Source: Mobula birostris (Eukaryota). From it: a DNA stretch of 64,000 nt. Position numbers and translations under genes: made by a program. Under the pieces are notes generated by a model, which was given only the letters and a program-made list of their open reading frames with translations, had not been told where the DNA came from and searched no databases. Position 1 is the stretch's first letter; every line of letters starts with the position of its first letter. Below, in pieces: positions 59,562-64,000 of this stretch. The DNA lies in assembly GCF_030028105.1 (NCBI RefSeq), contig NC_092378.1, forward strand, positions 71,885,672 to 71,949,671, read 5' to 3'.

Positions 59562-61415
59562 GACCAGTGCCTTATAAAGCCTCAGCATTACATCTTTGCT
59601 TTCGTAAATTAATGCTAACATTGCATTTGCCTTCCTTATCCTGGACTCAACCTTTAGGGAATCTTGTGTGAAAACTCCCAAAGTCCCTCTGCAGCTCTTG
59701 ATTTTTGATTTTTCTCCCTATTTACAAAATAGTCCATGATTTATTCCTTTGCCAAAGTGCATGACCATGCACTTCCCTACATTATATTCCATCTGACACT
59801 TTTTTGTCCATTCCACCAATATGTCTAAGTCCTTCTGCAGACACTTTGCTTCCTCAACACTACCTGCCCTTCTACCTATCTTTGTATCATCTGCAAACTT
59901 GGCTAAAAAAGTCAATAATTTCTACATTCAAACCATTGACATAATGAAAAGACACACTGGTCTCTGTGGGACAGCACTAATCACAGGCAGCCAGTCACAA
60001 AGGATCCTTTCATTCCAACTCTTTGCCACCTGCCATTCAGTCGATCTTCTGTCCATTCTAGTACCGTTCCCCTAATACTACAGGTTGTTATTTTGTTAAG
60101 CAGCCTTATATGCGGCACTTTGTCAAAGATCTTCTGAAAATCCAAATAAACAACATCCACTGACTCTCTTTTGTCTATCCTGCTGTTATTTCCTCAAAGA
60201 ATTTCAACAGATTAGCCAGGCAAGATTTTCCTTAAGGAAACCTTGTTGAATTTGGCTTATTTTACCATGCACCTCCAAGTAACTTCATACTTAATAATAG
60301 ACTCCTACATCTTTTCAACCATTGAAGTCAAGTTAACTGGACTATAATTTCCTTTCTCTACTTCTTAAAGAGTGGAGCAAGTGACAGTTGCAATTTTCCA
60401 GTCCTCAGGAACCATTCTAGAATCTAGTGATTCCTGAAAGATCAATATTAATGCCTCAACATCTCTTCAGCCACCTCTTTTTAGAACACTGGGTGTAGTC
60501 ATTCTGGCCTAGGTGACAACCACTTTCAAACCATTCAGCTTCTCAGGCACCTTCTCCTTAGCAATAGCAACTACACTCACTTCTGCTCCCTGACGCACTC
60601 GAATTTCTGGCATTCTGCTAGTGTCTTCCACAGTGAAGATGGATGCAAAATATTTAATAATTTCCTCTGTCATATCTTTGTCCCCCATTACTACCTCTCC
60701 AGCATCATATTCCAGCAGTCAATATCTACGCTCATCTCTTTTTTACTCCTTATATGTCTGAAAGATGTTTTGACATCCTTTTTTTATATTGTTGGCTAGC
60801 TTACCTTCATATTTCATTTTTTCTTGTTTTGTGGCTTTTTTAGTTGCTTTCTGTTGTTTTTTTTAAATTTCCAAACCTCCACCTTCCCACAAATTTTTGC
60901 TGTATTATATACCCTCTCATTTGCTTTTTGGCTGCCTTTGACTGGCTTTGTCAACAATGGTTGCCTTTAGAAAACTTCTCCATTGTTGGAATATATTTTT
61001 CTTGTGCCAAAAACATTATTGTTCTGCTATCGTCCATGCCAGTGTCCCCTTCCAATCAACTTTGGTCAACTCCTCTCTCATGTCTCTGTAATTCCCTTTA
61101 CTTCACTGCAATACTGACACATCCAATTTTACCTTCTACTTCTCAACTGCAGGGTGAAGTCTGTATTATTATGATCACTTCCTCCTAAGATTTTCATTAC
61201 CTTAAGCTTCTTAATCAAATCTGGGTCATTGCATAACACATAGAATTGCTGATCCCCTAGTGGACTCAACCCCAAGCAGCTCTGAAAATTCACCTCTTAG
61301 GCATTCTACAAATCCCCTCTCTTGGATTTCAGCACCAACCTGATTTTCTCAATCTACCTGCATATAGAGATCACTATGATTATCACAACATTGCCCTTTT
61401 TACATGGCTTTTCTA
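59562..61415 (-). mobile_element. Degraded CR1 ORF2 (EN end to RT)
   Basis: LAKFADDTKIG...LQKDLD.LVEW, DFQKIFDKVPH, VPEDWK. Confidence 0.85.
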
Positions 61416-61754
61416 AGAATTCTGTCCCTGATCATCTGCATCCTGTAATGGATAAAATACTGACCTTATACATTGGACAGCACATCAAGATTCCTCATCT
61501 CTAATCTCCTCAACCCTGCCTCATCAGTCTTTTTCCAGACTGAGCTGTAGACACTATTTCTTAACTTCCAGTGGTGTATGTACTGTATCGCTGACACAGA
61601 GACACTAGACAACTACTCTGAAGCAAGGGATGCAGGTGTGATCACTGAGAGATCTTCTACCAGCAGGCATGGTTAGTGATCACCGAGAGACTCGCCAGTC
61701 CATTTACAATATAGTACGCACAGGCATATGGTGGTAAGTATTTTTCAGATATAT

Positions 61755-61912
61755 AAGGGATTCTGCAGATGCTGGGAATCTTGAGCAGCACTCACAGAAT
61801 GCTGGAAGAACTCAGCCAATCAGGCAGCACCTATGGAGGAGAATAAACAGTCGACTAGAAACATTGATCATTATTTCCCTCCATTGATATTGCCTGCTCT
61901 GCTGAATACCTG
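61755..61912. mobile_element. Collapsed fold-back PLE-terminus element
   Basis: ctgcagatgctggg...ggcagcacctatggagg / ccctccattgatattgcctg inverted arms, centre deleted. Confidence 0.6.
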
Positions 61913-61959
61913 TAGGAGAGTGGGATCCTCTCACCCAGTGAGAGGTGAAAAGTTGGAGC

Positions 61960-64000
61960 TCAAGTTCAAATTCAAGTTTAATTCTCATTCAACCACACCT
62001 GAATACCTATGAATACAGCCAAACAAAACAGTGTTACTACAGGGCCAAGGTGCAAAGCACAGTACCAAGATCATGCACAGCACCAGGCACATAGAGCACA
62101 TATAAGACAGCATTAACATACAGTCACATGAAAAAATCTAGCCCAGGTCCCTGAGTCCATGAACATTGCAGCAGTCTGCAACCAAGCACAATACTTCTAG
62201 TCATCTGCTAAGTGAGCTCTGGGGGGCAGCACCAGTTCCAACATGGACCCTGTGCAACATGGCCTCCTGCACTCTGGTGGATCACCCAACACCAAAGCTC
62301 TGCGCCTGGTGGCTGCAACCAGGTGGCACTGTAGCTTGAGGCCACACAGCTCCCTCACAGTCGCCAACAAACCAAAGAACTGGATTTGCAGCATTCCACA
62401 TTACCAATGTCCAACTGGGTGTTGTGATCACAAGAAAGTTAACTAAGGTGATCACTTGCTGTTAGACTACACACTGCCTCCATGCACTGACTCTAAAGCC
62501 TCTCTGACGGAGGCAGCAGCACGATTCGCACGAAGTCTAGCTCCTTCAGTTTCTCTGCCAGTCAACAACTCTCTGATGGACTAGACCGCAGTACTTTAAG
62601 GTCTTACTATCCAGCAGGGACTTGTGATCGTAAATAAGACAATAACACTTTTGGTTGGCCCCAAAGAAGCCACTAATTCCAAGCATACCACCTCCTTACT
62701 CAAAGGTAACGCAGAGAGATACAGCATGAAACCTGACCCATCAAATAACCAAATACAAATGAACCACCAGCTGACCGTTCACATGAACCCTACGTTAATC
62801 TCATTTTTATTTTTCCCACATTCTGATCTACTCCTCTGAAATTCTACTACTCGCCCAGCAATTTACGCCTGCCAACTGTACAACCAACCCACAGATTTTT
62901 GAATTGAGAGAAGAAAAGGTTCGAAGGGATTATTTATTATCAGAGTATGTGTGCCGTATGCAACTCTGAGATTTGTTCTCACTAGATAGTAATGAAACAA
63001 AGAAAACCATGGAAGTCAGATCAAAGAGAAATTGAAAACCCACCACCACACCAAGAAAGAACGGTAACAAGAAAACTGACTCTCAAATCAGCCCCCGCAC
63101 AAACAAAAACTAACAAAAATGCACTAAGAACGTCAACCCCCAAATCCTTTCCCCCTACACAAAAGAACAACAAGAAAGAACAGGCGAAAACACAGAATAT
63201 AAAAACCATAAGAATGGAAGAGACATAGTCCACAGTGAAAATCCATAAATGCAAAACCTCAGTAACATCCTCTGACACCATCAAAAGAGAGAGACACCGG
63301 TCAAACGCAAAGGCCTACTCCCAGACCTCAGCGAGCCTCCACACAGCAGAGGGATCTCATCAGTGATCAGAAGGCTGGTAGTTGGCACGAAATCCTCGCT
63401 CACCTTCAGCATTCGCCTTGATGTTTCAATCTTCCTCGATGCTTTAGTATGTGAAATGCAGTCGAGCATCGGCTTTTGTCTCAGTGTTTCTTCACCTCAA
63501 TGCCTTTAGGTTTGGAGCTCGAGCTTGTGCTCACTTCCCAGAATCCTCTCGAAGACAGCAAAGTGCTGGGTTTCTTAGTCGATCTCCGAACTGTAAATCG
63601 CAGTCCTAGAAACACAAAACAGGCATAAAAGAAGTGAAATAATCAGTTTTGTGGTCTATGCAGAAGATATCAACCAAAGGAGCCATGTTGACCAGAAATT
63701 GTGTCATCTGGAGAAAACTCACATGGTACACAAGGAGATAAGGAAAGGCTGTGCAGGGAGCATCCAAGGATCAACTTTATGCATATACATTTACATGTAT
63801 CAGGAATTTGCTGTGGTTGGAGTGACATGCAACAAAGAAAACAATTATAAAGAATAATATAAAAATAAAGTTAGAGGTTAAAGTAGAGATATCAAATAAA
63901 ATGTGCAAAAATACAAAAATACCTATGTGTATTTACAATGTAACCAGCATTATATAGAATAGCTTGAAATGTTTATAGTGCAGTGACTGAGGTAATAGAT
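61960..64000 (-). mobile_element. Cluster of non-coding LINE-tail-type repeats (~61960-62700, ~62920-63665, ~63755-64000) with SINE scraps
   Basis: Minus-strand AATAAA/ATTAAA with short-unit tails such as (TTGAAC)n, similar to other LINE tails in the window. Confidence 0.45.

Overview
Vertebrate non-genic or intronic DNA made mostly of nested, decayed transposable elements. The repeat families look like those of a cartilaginous fish, probably a batoid (ray); this is pattern recognition, not a database result. I found no host protein-coding gene, rRNA/tRNA gene or CRISPR array that I can support. The window holds many CR1 LINEs (one full-length copy, 24874-29030, minus strand), Rex1/Babar, L2 and RTE LINEs, an R2/Hero-like element with a restriction-like endonuclease, and a Penelope-like (PLE) GIY-YIG element with many copies of its terminal repeat. 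It also has two Ty3/Gypsy remnants (one with a PNMA-like gag and tRNA-Pro PBS), two solo LTRs, Tc1-type MITEs and tRNA-derived SINEs. Best leads: (i) about ten degenerate minimal hammerhead-ribozyme motifs in PLE ends, several in short fold-back elements with a motif on each strand; (ii) a composite non-autonomous transposon made of two mini-palindromic Tc1-type TIR units around captured LINE-tail DNA; (iii) repeated antisense CR1-into-CR1 insertions, two at nearly the same homologous site; (iv) a tandem duplication of a dead Gypsy pol with two LINEs at its junction. Boundaries were read by eye: exact where a TSD or TIR is cited, otherwise approximate to tens of bp.
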